Position numbers and translations under genes: made by a program. DNA of 64,000 nucleotides from Lophium mytilinum (taxonomy: Eukaryota), in the NCBI GenBank assembly GCA_010093605.1, contig MU004191.1, positions 356,816-420,815 on the forward strand, read 5' to 3'. The notes beneath the pieces are model-generated. The model did no database searches. It worked only from the letters and a program-made list of their open reading frames with translations, and was not told the DNA's origin. Positions 13,601 to 26,254 of this stretch are shown here, in pieces (the first letter of the stretch is position 1; the number at the start of each line of letters is the position of its first letter).

Positions 13601-15900
13601 AACCTTAAGCTCTAATATATACCTAGTAAATTAGCGTATAGATTTTCTTATAGAAAGTAGAAGGCTTTACTATTTACCCGGCCTATATATAATAAATAGC
13701 TACTAGTACTCTTCTTAGTATACTACTTTAATATTAGCCTAAAATATATAGATTTTAACAGTTTTTAATACTAATTTTAATATACTAGCAGCCTTATCTA
13801 TCTATATAATATATAACTAGTTAGCTATTATTTAATAAGTGTGCGCCTAAATAAAGGTAAGGTAATCTTAGTAGTATTTTATATTAAGATAGGGCTTAAA
13901 TATAGCTATATAGTAAGTATAGCCCTTCTAATTAAGTATTTATTTAATAGTTTTTACGCTAGTAGTAATTCTAGTATAGAAGCTAAGCTTTATATAGGTA
14001 ATAGATTAAGCCTATAAATAGCTAGTAAGAAAGTCTACTAGATACTTTCTAGCTAGAGTTCTATAAATCTTTCTATTTTAATAGTAGCTAAATTAACTAA
14101 ATATCTATAGCTTCTAGTAGATATAATATATAGTAGATAGTATAGTACTAAGTATAGTAGAAATTTACTAGTAGAAAAGTACTATATAGTTATAGAGAGT
14201 CTTTATAAAATACTAGAGCTTATATAGAATAGCTATAGGCTAAGAATTATACTACTAGTAGAATAAATTAAGGTTTTTATAAGTCTATTACTATTTCTCT
14301 ATATTATAGATTATATATTATATAGCTCTATATATATTAGTAGTCTTATACTACTACTACTAGTAAATATAGTATAGAAATACTACTAAGCTATCTTAAC
14401 TATAGTATACTAGCGGCGTAAAAGAGCTCTAATTAGATAGAATTAAGATAATTAAGGCTATATATATAGTAAGGCGAAAGCTATACTATATTTAAATAGT
14501 TAGTAATAGAGATAGTAATATAAATAGAAGTATACTACTATAGTATATTAAAGAAGAAGAAATTAATATTTAAGAAGAAATTTAAGTATACTAGAAAGAT
14601 AAATTATAGCCTAGAGAAGATATAAAGTACTTAGAGAAGGTATAAAAGAAATTAAAGGCTATAAATATAGATATACTACTACTAGATATATAGCTAGAGC
14701 TACTAGAGCTTAATATATAGCTAAAAGCTTCTATTATATTCTCTAAGAAAGAGAGAGTAGATAGCTAGTTCTATAGTATTTAAAAAAGATCTAAAAGAGA
14801 GCTAGGCCTAAAGTAGGTACTATAGTACCCCTATTTATTATAGAAGATAAATAGGTAGTAAGGCCTAAGAGAGAGTATAGTATTAAGTAGTAAAATAAGT
14901 AGAAAAAATAGATATATTTAAGATTATTAATAATTAATACTAATTATCTATAATTTAGTAGTAAAAGTAGTAATTTTAGATAGATATATATATAGTATAA
15001 TAGCTATATTATATATATATATATTATTTAATAGCTTAGCTATAAGCTTAGCTATATTTTTAGCTAATTTCTTTCTTTTTTACTATTTTTTATCTTTCTT
15101 ATAATTCTTCTTTTTCTCTATAACTACTACTATTATTAAATCTATTAAAATAATACCCGGATATCTATTTCCCAGCCTTCTAGCATATTTTTAGGGTCTA
15201 CTAATATACTCTACGCAATAATTAAGGTTAGGCGGGCGCTTAGCCGTAAGGAAACTTAGGTACTAATTTAGTTCTTAGAAAAATACTACTAAAAAGAGGG
15301 GGATAGCTAGCCTATATACGCCTCTATTATAATTATATAGAACTAGCTAATATTAAGCTTTAATATTGCTAAGAGCCGCGAGGCCCGAATTAGCTACTCC
15401 TTAGCTACTCTAGGCGCGTTGGAGGAACCTCTATATTCAGCTAGTTCGTGGCTTCACGCCAGCGCTAGGCCACCGGACGCATACAGGTGCTGTACATCAT
15501 CCCTCGGAGATCTCAGTATCGGCACAAATGGCAACAAGTATGACTGATCTGCATCAGTTGGTTGAAGAGGAAGACAGCGGGTCTAATTCCACCAGTTTGC
15601 TGATGCGTAGGTTGCTTTAACAGTCTCTTGGAAATGGGTCATGTTTGTTAGGGTACGTATCTTCTTCGAGTGGAGACGGTGCAGGCTGGGATGGCCCAGG
15701 GAATTTACAGGCTGTCCAGAATTATACGTCTATATCTCTTCCCGAACGTCCAAAGTGTGATCAAACATCATTGACAGCAGCGGCGAAAAGCTCTCCATTC
15801 TATCTACTCAAGCGCGGCTCTTCTCCGCGCCGCGCTATGACCACCTAACTTTTCTAAACTTCTTCACTAGTCCAAGGGTACATCGCTGGAAGCGGCCACG

Positions 15901-17071
15901 ATGGAGGCAAAGGGTGATGGGCACGTAGCCGAAATTCTTCACGGTATACCATTGATATTCGCGACCAAGCTTATCCTAATGCTGACTGCCTCTCGCTTGA
16001 GTGTTCGATTTCCCACAGCTTTACACCAAGCCCACCGCTCAATCGCTCCTGAATACCCTCACTCTCCTCACCTCAGCTCCTCCGTCCTGGGAATGTAGCG
16101 ACTCGGAAGAAGACTATGACATATCCGTGGGACTAAACAAACGAAGAGCTAGCGCTGCAACGAAGCCGAGGCCCGTCCAAATAAATCCAGAGGGACTGAC
16201 GAGGTACCTCACAAGTATCATCGGCAACGACTTGGGGTGGATATACGACGACAACATGAAGGAAGATATTTGGGAGGAAGCCAGCCTGCGGCTGAGTGAG
16301 CGCTCCGGGAGATCTGCCATGCCAGCCATGTCTCGCGAGTTCCGGGTTCCCACGAAGTCAGGGCGTGTGGATATCACCATTCATGAGCCGGCTCTGACGG
16401 AGGATAATATTGGCTTGAAGACATGGGCTGCTTCGTATATGCTTTCCAAGCGCCTCCATACGATCAAGCTGCCGCAAAGCAAAGACAAAGCGCCGCCCCG
16501 CATGCTCGAACTTGGATCAGGAACCGGCCTAGTTGGGATCGCTGCTGCAGCAGTTTTTGGCTCTTCCGTACTCCTAACTGATCTGGCTGAGATTACACCA
16601 AATCTTGCAGGGAACATCGAGGACAATCGTGCTGCCATCGAACAATGCGGTGGTTCGATGGACTGTGCTGTTCTCAACTGGGCAGAACCGTTCACTTGTC
16701 AGTCCTATCTACGAGGTCTGGGCCAAATTGAAGATGCGAGAAATGCTACTTACAACGGATCGTCTCCCAAATATCCTGTCATTCTCGCAGCAGACTCGCT
16801 CTACTCACCTGAGCACCCCAGATTGCTAGTACAGACAATTGATGCATGGCTTTCGCATGAGAGTACTGCCAGAGTGATTGTTGAGTTTCCATTTCGAGAC
16901 GCTTATGTTCCGGAATTAGGCGACTTCAAGACTCGCATGGCTAGCATAGGCCTCTGCGTCCTAGAAGAAGGTGAGGAGAGTGGATATGACGACTGGGCGT
17001 CGGAAGGCGGTCGCAGCGAAGTCAGGTGTTGGTGGTCGATATGGGGTCGTATACCTGAATCTGGCAGGTAG
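15901..17071 (+). CDS. SAM-dependent protein-lysine methyltransferase (METTL21/Efm2/Rrg1-like)
   Basis: HEPALTEDNIGLKTW, motif I MLELGSGTGLVG, LLTDL, ILAADSLY. ATG 15901 with a probable intron ~15944-16001 (acceptor uncertain); stop TAG at 17071. Confidence 0.85.
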
Positions 17072-17223
17072 GCCGAGTGCTCCCGAATGTCATCTGAGGA
17101 TTTCTGATGTCACGCTGGTCAGGAAAAATACCTCTCTTTCTTCTTCTTAAATTCCTTCTTTTCCCTCAGCTCGTGAGCGATTTGAAGGATATCCAATAGA
17201 GCATAGACACATAGAAATAGATA

Positions 17224-17243
17224 CGGCTAAAGCGCCGGTTAAA
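17224..17243 (+). promoter_or_regulatory. Tandem CGGNTAAA motifs (XlnR/AraR-type) upstream of the polyol dehydrogenase
   Basis: CGGCTAAA at 17224-17231 and CGGTTAAA at 17236-17243, ~220 bp upstream of ATG 17456. A CreA-like GTGGGG lies at 17341-17346. Confidence 0.55.
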
Positions 17244-17455
17244 TTCAGACCGAAATGGCGGGAGATCCACCGAAGCTAGTTGATCGCGGTATCCACGCGT
17301 TACCACCACGGATTTTTTATCTCTGGCTCGAGGTCCCGCGGTGGGGCCATCTTTTCTATAATCTTGGGTCCCACCACATTTCCCTTTCCCAGAATTTCCT
17401 TCTTTACTTTCTCCAACTTCAATTCTAGAATACTTTACCCACTGAAGCATCCAAC

Positions 17456-18715
17456 ATGGCACAGAAGGTACGTCCATTACCCCTCCATACCCCACTATCA
17501 TCGCATTCTTCTTTCGAGCATATCCGGCCATGACGTCCTAACACACCACAGAACCCATCCTTCATCCTGCACTCCCAGGGTAAAGTCCTCTTCGAAGACC
17601 GCCCCATCCCCGAGCTCAAATCCCCCTACGACGTCCTCGTCGAACCCCAATGGACCGGCATCTGCGGCAGTGATGTACGCCCCCTCCCCACCCTCACCCA
17701 CTTCTTCATCTTAACCCTTCCGCCAACAGGTCCACTACTGGGTCCACGGCCGCATCGGCCACTTCATCGTCGACGCGCCCATGGTCCTCGGCCACGAATC
17801 CGCCGGCACCGTCTCCTCCATCGGCGCATCCGTCACGTCCCTCAAAGTCGGCGACCGCGTCGCCATGGAGCCCGGCGTGCCCTGCCGCCGCTGCGTGCGC
17901 TGCAAGGACGGCAAGTACAACCTGTGCCCGGACATGGCCTTCGCCGCGACGCCCCCCTACGACGGCACTCTCGCGCGCTACTACGCCCTCCCCGAGGACT
18001 ACTGCTACAAGCTGCCCGAGGGCATGAGCATGGAGGAGGGCGCGCTGATCGAGCCGACGGCCGTCGCGGTGCACATCTGCAAGCAGGGCGGCGTCAAGCC
18101 GGGGGATAGCTTGGTGGTGTTTGGGGCCGGGCCCGTGGGGTTGCTGTGCGCGGCCGTGGGAAGGGCGTTTGGCGCGAAGAAGGTGGTGAGTGTGGATGTG
18201 AATGAGGAGAGGTTGAAGTTTGCGAAGGGGTATGCGGCGACGGATGTGTGGCGGAGTAAGGCGGGGGAGACGGTGGAGGAGGGCGCGAAGAGGTTGGTCG
18301 AGGAGTGTGGGTTGGGGAGTGGCGCGGATGTGATTATTGATGCGAGTGGTGCCGAGCCGTGTATTCAGATGAGTGTGCATGCGTGCAGGATTGGGGGGAC
18401 GTATGTGCAGGTGAGTGACGAGGGGATTTTTGGAGATTGACGGAGGCGGGGCTAATTTGAGTGTTGTAGGGTGGCATGGGCAAGCCGGATATTCAGTGGC
18501 CGATCATGGCGATGTGCACGAAGGAGCTCAATGTCAAGGGTAGCTTTAGGTACGGCAGTGGCGACTACCAGCTCGCGGTCGACTTGGTGGCGTCGGGGAA
18601 GTTGAGCGTGAAGGAGTTGATCACGGGCAAGGTCAAGTTCGAGGATGCAGAGGAGGCCTTCAAGGACGTGAAGGCTGGGAAGGGAATCAAGATCCTTATT
18701 GAGGGGCCGAAGTAG
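17456..18715 (+). CDS. xdhA: Zn-dependent xylitol/sorbitol dehydrogenase (D-xylulose reductase)
   Basis: Exons 17456-17467, 17552-17674, 17730-18410, 18470-18715 (GT-AG introns). Motifs TGICGSDVH, VLGHES, structural Zn CxxCxxCx7C, GAGPVG, GSFRY. Confidence 0.92.
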
Positions 18716-19664
18716 TGAAGAGGTGAGAGAGGCTTCAAGGCCCAAGAATGCGACACTCGCATCAGTGTCTAATAACACTCCAAGAATTCAAAAAGCCAGC
18801 ACGGTGATGAGAGATCTCTCGGGGACCGGTGAGGTGAAACAAGAGCCGAGCCGGTGAGCGCGTTTGTTATTCGGGATGCCGAGTTTCAGGGTCCAATCTC
18901 ACGAACCATACCTTATATACTTTTTATTTTCCAAACCGTCCGTGAACTAACATACAGAGAGAGAAGTACCCCGCTCAGCTACCTAACGGTCCCGTATAAT
19001 TGGAAGGGAAAAGCTGGGCGCCCAGGCGAACTCTTTTTGCTGCTCGAGGGTTAGGGGTTCGAGCGCCATGGCGGGTGCCTTTTTCCTTTTTTTGGAGTTT
19101 TATTTCTTTTTCGGTACGAGATGCGTAAAAGCTAGATCCTTGGTAGAGGATGCGTCATTGACGACGAAAGGATGCGATGTAAATCCAGGAAGTGCCAGAG
19201 GAGAGACGTGGTGGGAAGTGAGCGATGTCTCGGGAAGCATCCAGCTAACTGTGACGGAAAGTGAGGCTGGCTCGACCAATGCGTCGAGACATTCTAGAAG
19301 ACCATCATTTAAGGATTCGTGAGACTGTCTGAGAGGTTAAACTTACTTCGAAGTATGTCCAACGTTGTGCTGTCGTACTAGATGAAGATACACATACTGC
19401 TTATGTTGCCGGTGCCTCCCGCCGCGGTTGTATGATTCACCGTTGGTTCGGGCAGCGACTCTTATGGACCAAACCACACAACATCACTCGGCATGAGGCC
19501 CACACAGATGGTCGAGACTGATTAGATTTGAATGCCTGACTGCTACTGATGTAGGTGGTACAATGACCATAAATATATGCAAAACGCCACGCTATGCCCC
19601 CAGCCTTAAATCATAATGCTCATCACACGCTAGGGAATCAAGAACAAGGAAAAGGTTGCGCGAT

Positions 19665-20248
19665 TTACACACCCATCCTCGCCCTCGCTCCCCGCTTCGG
19701 TAATGTCCACGGTTCCGCGCACACAATCTGTCTCAATCAGCAACTGGCTTCCTCATATTGGATAGTTGTAGCTTACCTCGCCTTCACTATACGCCCAGAA
19801 ATATACACCCATCCCTATCATATAGTACAGCGCAGCATTGGTGGCCTGGTACTGGAGGACGGCAGCTAAGGCGCTCAGCGGGAAGATGATCAGGCGAGCT
19901 TCGATGGAGCGGTGCACGGCGGAGCCGGCGATGAACTTTAGTGGCCATTCGTAGGCGAGCCCCATGAGGCCGAGGATGAGGTTTATGATTTGGAGAGCGG
20001 GGACGGGCTTGACGGCGCCGTCGAGGTTCTTGGTGAGGAAGTCCCAGAAGATCTTAGGCCAGAAGAAGCCTTCGATTGCGGCGGCGACTTGGTCTGGGTT
20101 GATATCAGTATGGGGGTCAAGAAGTTGAAGACGGAGGTTTGAAAGCTTCAAGATGCAAGCTCAAGAGCGATTCGAAAGAGAAGGACGTACAGATGGCAGC
20201 GGTGAGGATGATGAGGCGCGCCCAGTGGTTCTTGATCAGCTTGCCCAT
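19665..20248 (-). CDS. noxD: NoxD/Pro41, fungal p22phox-like NADPH oxidase subunit (145 aa)
   Basis: Exons 20248-20191, 20093-19777, 19727-19665 give MGKLIKNHWARLIILTAAIYQVAAAIEGFFWPKIFWDF...YEWPL...YFWAYSEGEIVCAEPWTLPKR, which matches the NoxD/Pro41 family as I recall it. Confidence 0.9.
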
Positions 20249-23200
20249 GGTGGAGTATGTGGAGTGAGGTTGGCGGGGTAGAGCGAGAGGACGATTGACC
20301 GATCCGGCGGCGAATCTCTTGCTTGGATTAACGATTGTTGCTTTCGCGCGAGCTACCAGAACTATCGAGCTCGCATGCTGGTCGGGGTCTGGAGGGGATT
20401 TTGATGTTCAATGGCGCTCTCGGGCAGGCAGTGAAGATTTGGAAGAGGCGGGAGGGCGGTTTGAGGGTTGAGGCTGGCTGGTGTCAGGTCGCAGACGTCG
20501 AACTCGTACAGTCTCAAGGATTGCGGCATGATGGGCTTTTGGTTCATGCGAGCACTCTCGGACGCCCACCGCACCGGGCGCAGGCGCCGGATGAGGAAGA
20601 GAGGGACTCTGTGGGCCGTGGTGCATGAATTAACCGCCCTGCCCATCGCGGGACGAATCACGGCTGCGATCTGCTCCCGTCGCACAGGCCGAGACGCACT
20701 GTCACACCAGACGCCATGGGGTAACGGGCCCTGATTGGGGGGGCCCCTCTCCCTCCCCTGGAGTAGCAGCTTTGAGGCGTCCACTGTATGAGCGCCGCCA
20801 CCTGGCAGCGTCGAGTGTCTCTCCACCAGCACAGTCTCGGCGCAGGAAATCGTGGTCGCGAGAAAGCCACACGACGATAGTCTGCTCAAGAAGAGAACGG
20901 CCGATAGAAACTACTGATAGCGAGCTCTATCACCGTGCAGATGCTAGGTTGGAACGCCTCTTTTCACAGCACACGCAGTAGTCCAGCTGTCGTCGAGAGC
21001 TCGTGGCACCCGTCCCGCTGCCGTTGACGTGGGAATGGGTGCAGAATCGCCGTGGCCCAGCAGGCCCAGCCTCCTCGTCGTCCTCGTCTAGCTATCGATA
21101 TCCTCCTCTATCGATACACGAGTCAGACCAAGACCACGAGACCCGGCCCATCGCGACCTCAACTCTGCAGGGCCTGGTGCCAATCGCGTCGGCTCGCACA
21201 GTTCACCATCGGCACATCTTCTCGCCCTGGGCCTCGATGTGATGCACCTCGCAGCCGGGCCTGCAGCACGCCAGTTCTACCCCACACGCTGACCATTCCC
21301 CAGGAGATATCTGCAAGTACAGTCTGTACAGAGGAAAGCATCTCTCTCGTCGCCCGCACATTGACCAGGAGGGTCTGGAAGGCTGCCAGACTGGCCCGTA
21401 TGCGATTGGACAGCAAAGTATATCAAATAAGGCCCTGTCTTCCGTCTCAACATGCTCTTCAGTAGGCGCCATCTAAATGTACTCATAGCCGTCTCGAATT
21501 AGAACAGTTGAATCGAGGTACAGAAGCCCCTCGACAGACTATTCGATACGACTGTTTGTCTGAGCGGTGAAGGATTTGGATTTGCTGGTCACGAGCAATT
21601 CAACCCCTAATAGCCGCAATGCTGAGCAGTCCCTTCTCAACACCCATTCGCAGACGGAAATGGACTAGACGGACGGGCCGACAGACGGCTTCACGATGGC
21701 AGAGAGAGGGCAGCAGGGCACATGGCGGGCGTGGCCGCTCCTTTGACGGGCAAGACATTAACGAGTCCAAATATAGCTCCGCTGACGCCAGTGCGGGCTG
21801 GTCGCGGGCTGGTCGACGGCGGCACCACTCGGCTCGTCCCCCAGCGCTTCGACATCGGCAAGGATTGGCTCGCCTGCTTTTTGAGGCTGCACAGGGGAGA
21901 CCAAGAGAGCAGACTCGCTGTTGTTGCTGCCCTCCACGCACCACTGGCCTCGAATCTCCAGGGCTTGCACCACGCCAGCGGCGGCCTGCCAGCCCTAATT
22001 GAGCCCAGCAGCGTGATTAAGTTCCGTGCCGTACAGATGCGACGGCAATCATCCGGGGTCTTTTGAACCCTCGCTTGCCCGTGGAAGAGCCACCTCTCCA
22101 CCACATCGTTGAACGTTGCTGCAGGCGTTACCAAGCTTCCCCACGCCCGTCACTCCTCAACACCCTCAACACGCCTGGGCACTCGATCCACGACCTCCTC
22201 CCCGTCTCTCGCAATTGCACCCGTTGACCGTACACCTCACCTGCCTTCCCCTGCCTCCGTGCTGTGCTGTCGCGACTCCGTTGGCCCAAACGTCCTGTGT
22301 TTGGGAGCCCCCTGCGTATCAGATTCCGGCGTCTCCAGTCCCAATTCGACACCCACCTCCTGCAACCGCCGCAAAATCGCATCATCGACTCTGCTCTGTC
22401 GAAGAGTTTGCACTGCCTCCCTACTGTCACCGGATTGAATTCAGCGGTTCTGTGTCAGCAGAATCAACGTAAAGCTGCTCCATACGTCCTCAACTCCCAG
22501 CGCCACAATCCGCGCCGCAGCCTCACCACTCCCACGCGCCGCATTACGAAGTGCTCTCGCTTCTCAAAGTCTCATCGCTGTTTAAGACCCGCCTACGCAG
22601 GAACCGTCCCCAGATCGCCGTCCAAGCGCACCTAAAAGTAGCCCTACGCCCCGGTATCAGATTCAAAGATGCTCAACCCGCGCACGTTACACACCTGAGA
22701 CGCCTGTCCGACACCGCTCACCGAACGCATTTGTCTCCCTCCCTTCTCCCATATTACCCTCCGAAGAAGGACTACTGCCTCAGGACTGCTTGATTGCCCA
22801 CCCGTCCCCATCTTTTCGGCAGGCAAAAACCGTCATCGGCCTTGGCACCTCGCTCAATACGAGAGCATCTCAGGCTACCAGTTTGAGCCACTCTACCTAC
22901 AGCCTGTCCACGGCCTACCTCAGTTTCAGCAACCTACTGCCGGCCCGCCCTAATCAAGCTCTGGTCGTGCGAGTTCCACCAGACGCCAGGAAACTCGAAT
23001 CGATCTAGTCAAAGCTTGTCCTCATTAACTCATCACCCCTCCTGTTGTACGATCGATTCACCGCAATCCTTCCCGTCTCTTCGACACTTCCACTCCTTCC
23101 TTTCGTTCTCTGGCTGGCCGGGTTGAACCGCGACTTCACTTTCTTTCCGGTGCAGGGCGCTCTTCTTACGACCTACTCGCTTTAATCTTCTAATCGCACC

Positions 23201-23311
23201 CTTCCGTTGACCGGTGGTCGTTCCTTTGTGTTTTGCTCTCACAGCAGGGTCTTATCCATCTCCTATCTCGACTTCTTGTTCATCGTCACTTGCTCAAGCA
23301 AGACCGCAACT

Positions 23312-25113
23312 ATGATCACAGCCGCGTCACTGAAGAGGTGGTTCACCATCAAGAAGAGTCTGTTCTATATCTTGTTTTGGGGTTTTCACTGGAGCATGTT
23401 CGCATATGGATGGTATGTTTGCCCTTCTCTGTTCACTCTGGTCCCATTGCTAACCTTCAAAGGTGGAAACAAGCCGGTGATGAGCGACTAGCGGCACTAA
23501 ATGGACTCAAATTCTCCGTGTGGATTTCTCGAGGAGCAGGATTGGTGTTGTCGATAGATGTGTTGTTGATTCTTCTGCCCATGTGCAGGAATATCCTCAG
23601 GTGGATTCGACCAAAGGCTAGGTGGTTGCCATTGGACGAGTCTCAATGGTTCCATCGACAAGTCGCCTACGCTTTGCTTTTCTTCACAATTGTTCATACC
23701 GCTGCTCATTACGTCAAGTAAGTTCTCATCCCTTGTTCTTCAGGTTCTGGGCTGACTCTAGTAGCTTCTTCAATGTTGAGAAGACACAAGTCCGCCCAGA
23801 GACGGCAGTGCAGATTCATTACACCCAAGCGGGTGGTATTACAGGTCATATCATGCTTCTCTGCATGATGCTAATGTACACCACCGCTCACCATAGGATA
23901 CGCCAGCAATCTTTCGAGACTTTCTGGTATACTCATCATCTTTTCATCCCATTCCTGTTGGGCATGTACACTCACGCCACTGGCTGCTTCGTGCGTGATA
24001 GCGTTGAGCCGTTCTCACCCTTCGCCGGTGCCGGTTTCTGGAACCATTGCATTGGCTACGAGGGATGACGATGGGAGCTTGTTGGCGGCGGATTGTACCT
24101 CATCGAACGTCTCTACCGCGAGATTCGTGCTAGGAGAGAGACTCAGATCGTCAAGGTCGTCCGTCATCCTTATGGTAAGTACATGATATCACATACTATT
24201 GCCATAGCTAACTCTCCCAGACGCTGTGGAAATCCAGTTTACCAAACCATCAATGAAGTACAAGCCAGGACAATGGCTATTCCTGAATTGTCCCGACGTG
24301 TCACACAACCAGTGGCATCCGTTCACCATCACCTCATGTCCCTTCGACCCGTACGTCAGTGTGCACGTACGACAGGTCGGGGACTTCACCCGAGCACTCG
24401 CTGATTCACTTGGAGCCGGCCAATCGCAATCGAAGCTCTATGACGAGCTAGATCCCATGGGAATGTACGAAGTTGCGCTGCAGCATGGCCAGAAGATGCC
24501 AAGACTACGCATCGACGGCCCCTACGGTGCTCCCGCCGAGGATGTCTTCGAGAACGAAATTGCCGTGCTAATAGGAACTGGTATCGGCGTCACGCCCTGG
24601 GCCGCCATCTTGAAGAACATCTGGCATCTCCGCCTCTCTCCCAACCCGCCTAAGCGTCTCCGCCGTGTCGAGTTCATCTGGGTCTGCAAGGACACCAGCT
24701 CGTTCGAATGGTTCCAAGCGCTGCTCTCTTCCCTCGAAGCACAGTCGATGGGCTCGCCCAATGGCGGTGCCGAGGGTGCTGACTTCCTCCGTATCCACAC
24801 CTATCTCACCCAACGCATGGACGTCAACACTGCTAACAACATCGTGCTCAACTCCGTCGGTACCGATAAGGATCCGCTAACAGAGCTGAGCAGCCGGACC
24901 AACTTCGGCCGGCCGAACTTCTCGCGTCTGCTCACTGGCATGCGCGACGGCATCATGGACCGCAGCTACATGAACGGGCTCGAGAGCTCGCTGCGGACAG
25001 ACGTCGGAGTCTACTTCTGCGGGCCCAGCGTTGCGGCGCGGGATATCAAGAAGGCGTGTAAAACGGCGACGTGTCAGGAGGTCAACTTCAAGTTCTGGAA
25101 GGAGCATTTCTAA
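23312..25113 (+). CDS. noxA: NADPH oxidase NoxA/Nox1 (gp91phox homolog) with an in-frame TGA at codon 220
   Basis: Exons 23312-23412, 23463-23717, 23765-24174, 24221-25113 (552 aa if read through). Haem His (WFHRQ..VHTAAHY, YTHHLF..YTH), FAD motif HPFTITS, NADPH motifs DGPYGAP and GTGIGVTP, FCGP, C-terminal KEHF. TGA at 24066-24068. Confidence 0.93.
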
Positions 25114-26254
25114 GCTCCCAACCCTACTTAGGTTGTACTTTTCCCTTGTGTCGCTCAGTGTACGAATGGGGTTCTCTAGCAAGAAAGGATGAGGTGATGC
25201 TAACAACGGCAGTCAATACCAGGGCAAGGCAAGGCAAGGCAAAGGCGTTTGATCTCGTTTTCTCCAGCTACATAGATTCTTGTAGGCTGCTGTATGCTAC
25301 GTTATGTGTATTTCTCGAGAGTCTTTCAGCGAAGAGCAGCGTTTTAGCGTGAGTCTCTATGAGTAGGATGCATCACGGAGGGGGAATTGTATCGATGGGG
25401 AAACTCTATTGAATATGAATATCTTTCTGCAACAATTCTTTTTGGTTGATAAGGTGGTTGTCCGCATTGAGGCATGCTCTTGGAGCTTCGTTCGAGAATG
25501 AGGCTGACAGGCGGTTGCTGGCGCAGAGGATGTGTCGGGTTTGATTGGATTGGTAATTGGTATCACCATTTTTATCTGTCACCTTTCGCAATCCTCGGCT
25601 CGAAATTGGTTGCATAATGCCTCAATGTGCGCCTGAGAGATCTCTTCTCTCGTTCACGAAATTGGGCTGCTCTCCAGCCTGAGCAGTAGCTGTGCTGGGG
25701 TGAGCACATCCTAAGCTGATACTAAGGTGGAATTGTAACCCCAGCCCTGGGCGCTACATAAGAAGTCACCCTGCATCGGACGGCCTACAGGCCTGCAGCT
25801 TTGTCAATTCTAGTTTCCGGGCCCTGGGTCTTAAGTAAACTTGCTCTCAGATATGTTACGGGCAGTTCTACAAACAGCCAAGGATCTTTACTCTGTAAAC
25901 GTCAGTAAAAAAAGGAAGGTTGTCTCCTTAGATCACGTAATGTGACTTTTGGGGTGTAGCTTCACGAACACTAGATGTTCTATAGAAGACCGCTACAAAC
26001 GGGCATGATTTTCCATTTGTCTGCCTTGCGAAAAGAACAAATATGGATTGGGAAAAAGCGGTATCAGCGCACTCCGCCTGCATTAGGGCTAAGTCTCAGC
26101 CTTGCGTCCTACCTCCATCCTCACTCTTTCCTACCTCTCCCCTTTCCATTATACAACAACTCTCTACTAGCCATTCCATTTTCCGCTTCTTATGAGCAGT
26201 TTCCACAGCTCCCTTTGCATCGCTACATGCGTCGCCCCCCATCTCGGCTAGGCT

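Larger units (their letters stand above)
1..15400. repeat. AT-rich block of RIP-degenerated repeats/transposons
   Basis: No ORF in the supplied track; extreme TpA excess and near absence of CpA/TpG; residual CG-containing islands (ccgcg, gcgc) as expected when RIP targets CpA. N-gaps at 1447-2284, 6530-6539 and 9007-9016. Families of the segments 1-1446, 2285-6440 and ~13600-15200 could not be identified by eye. Confidence 0.95.

Noticed and set aside
13600..15200. Assigning a transposon family (DNA transposon, helicase element, Starship) to this and the 1-6440 repeats
   Set aside because: No diagnostic motif or terminal repeat could be read reliably through the RIP damage.
20335..23300. Many 60-175 aa ORFs between noxD and noxA (likewise 36900-38500 and 40800-41750)
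   Set aside because: Overlapping in all frames, with low-complexity R/P/S composition and no domain signature; expected by chance in GC-rich intergenic DNA.
24066..24068. Genome-wide TGA=Trp reassignment or selenocysteine as the explanation of the noxA stop
   Set aside because: TGA is the evident terminator of other genes here (48115, 52906, 61570), and the position corresponds to Trp rather than Cys.
25223..25242. (GGCAA)4 microsatellite in the noxA 3' region; 12-bp palindrome at 18809-18820
   Set aside because: Short simple features with no supporting context.
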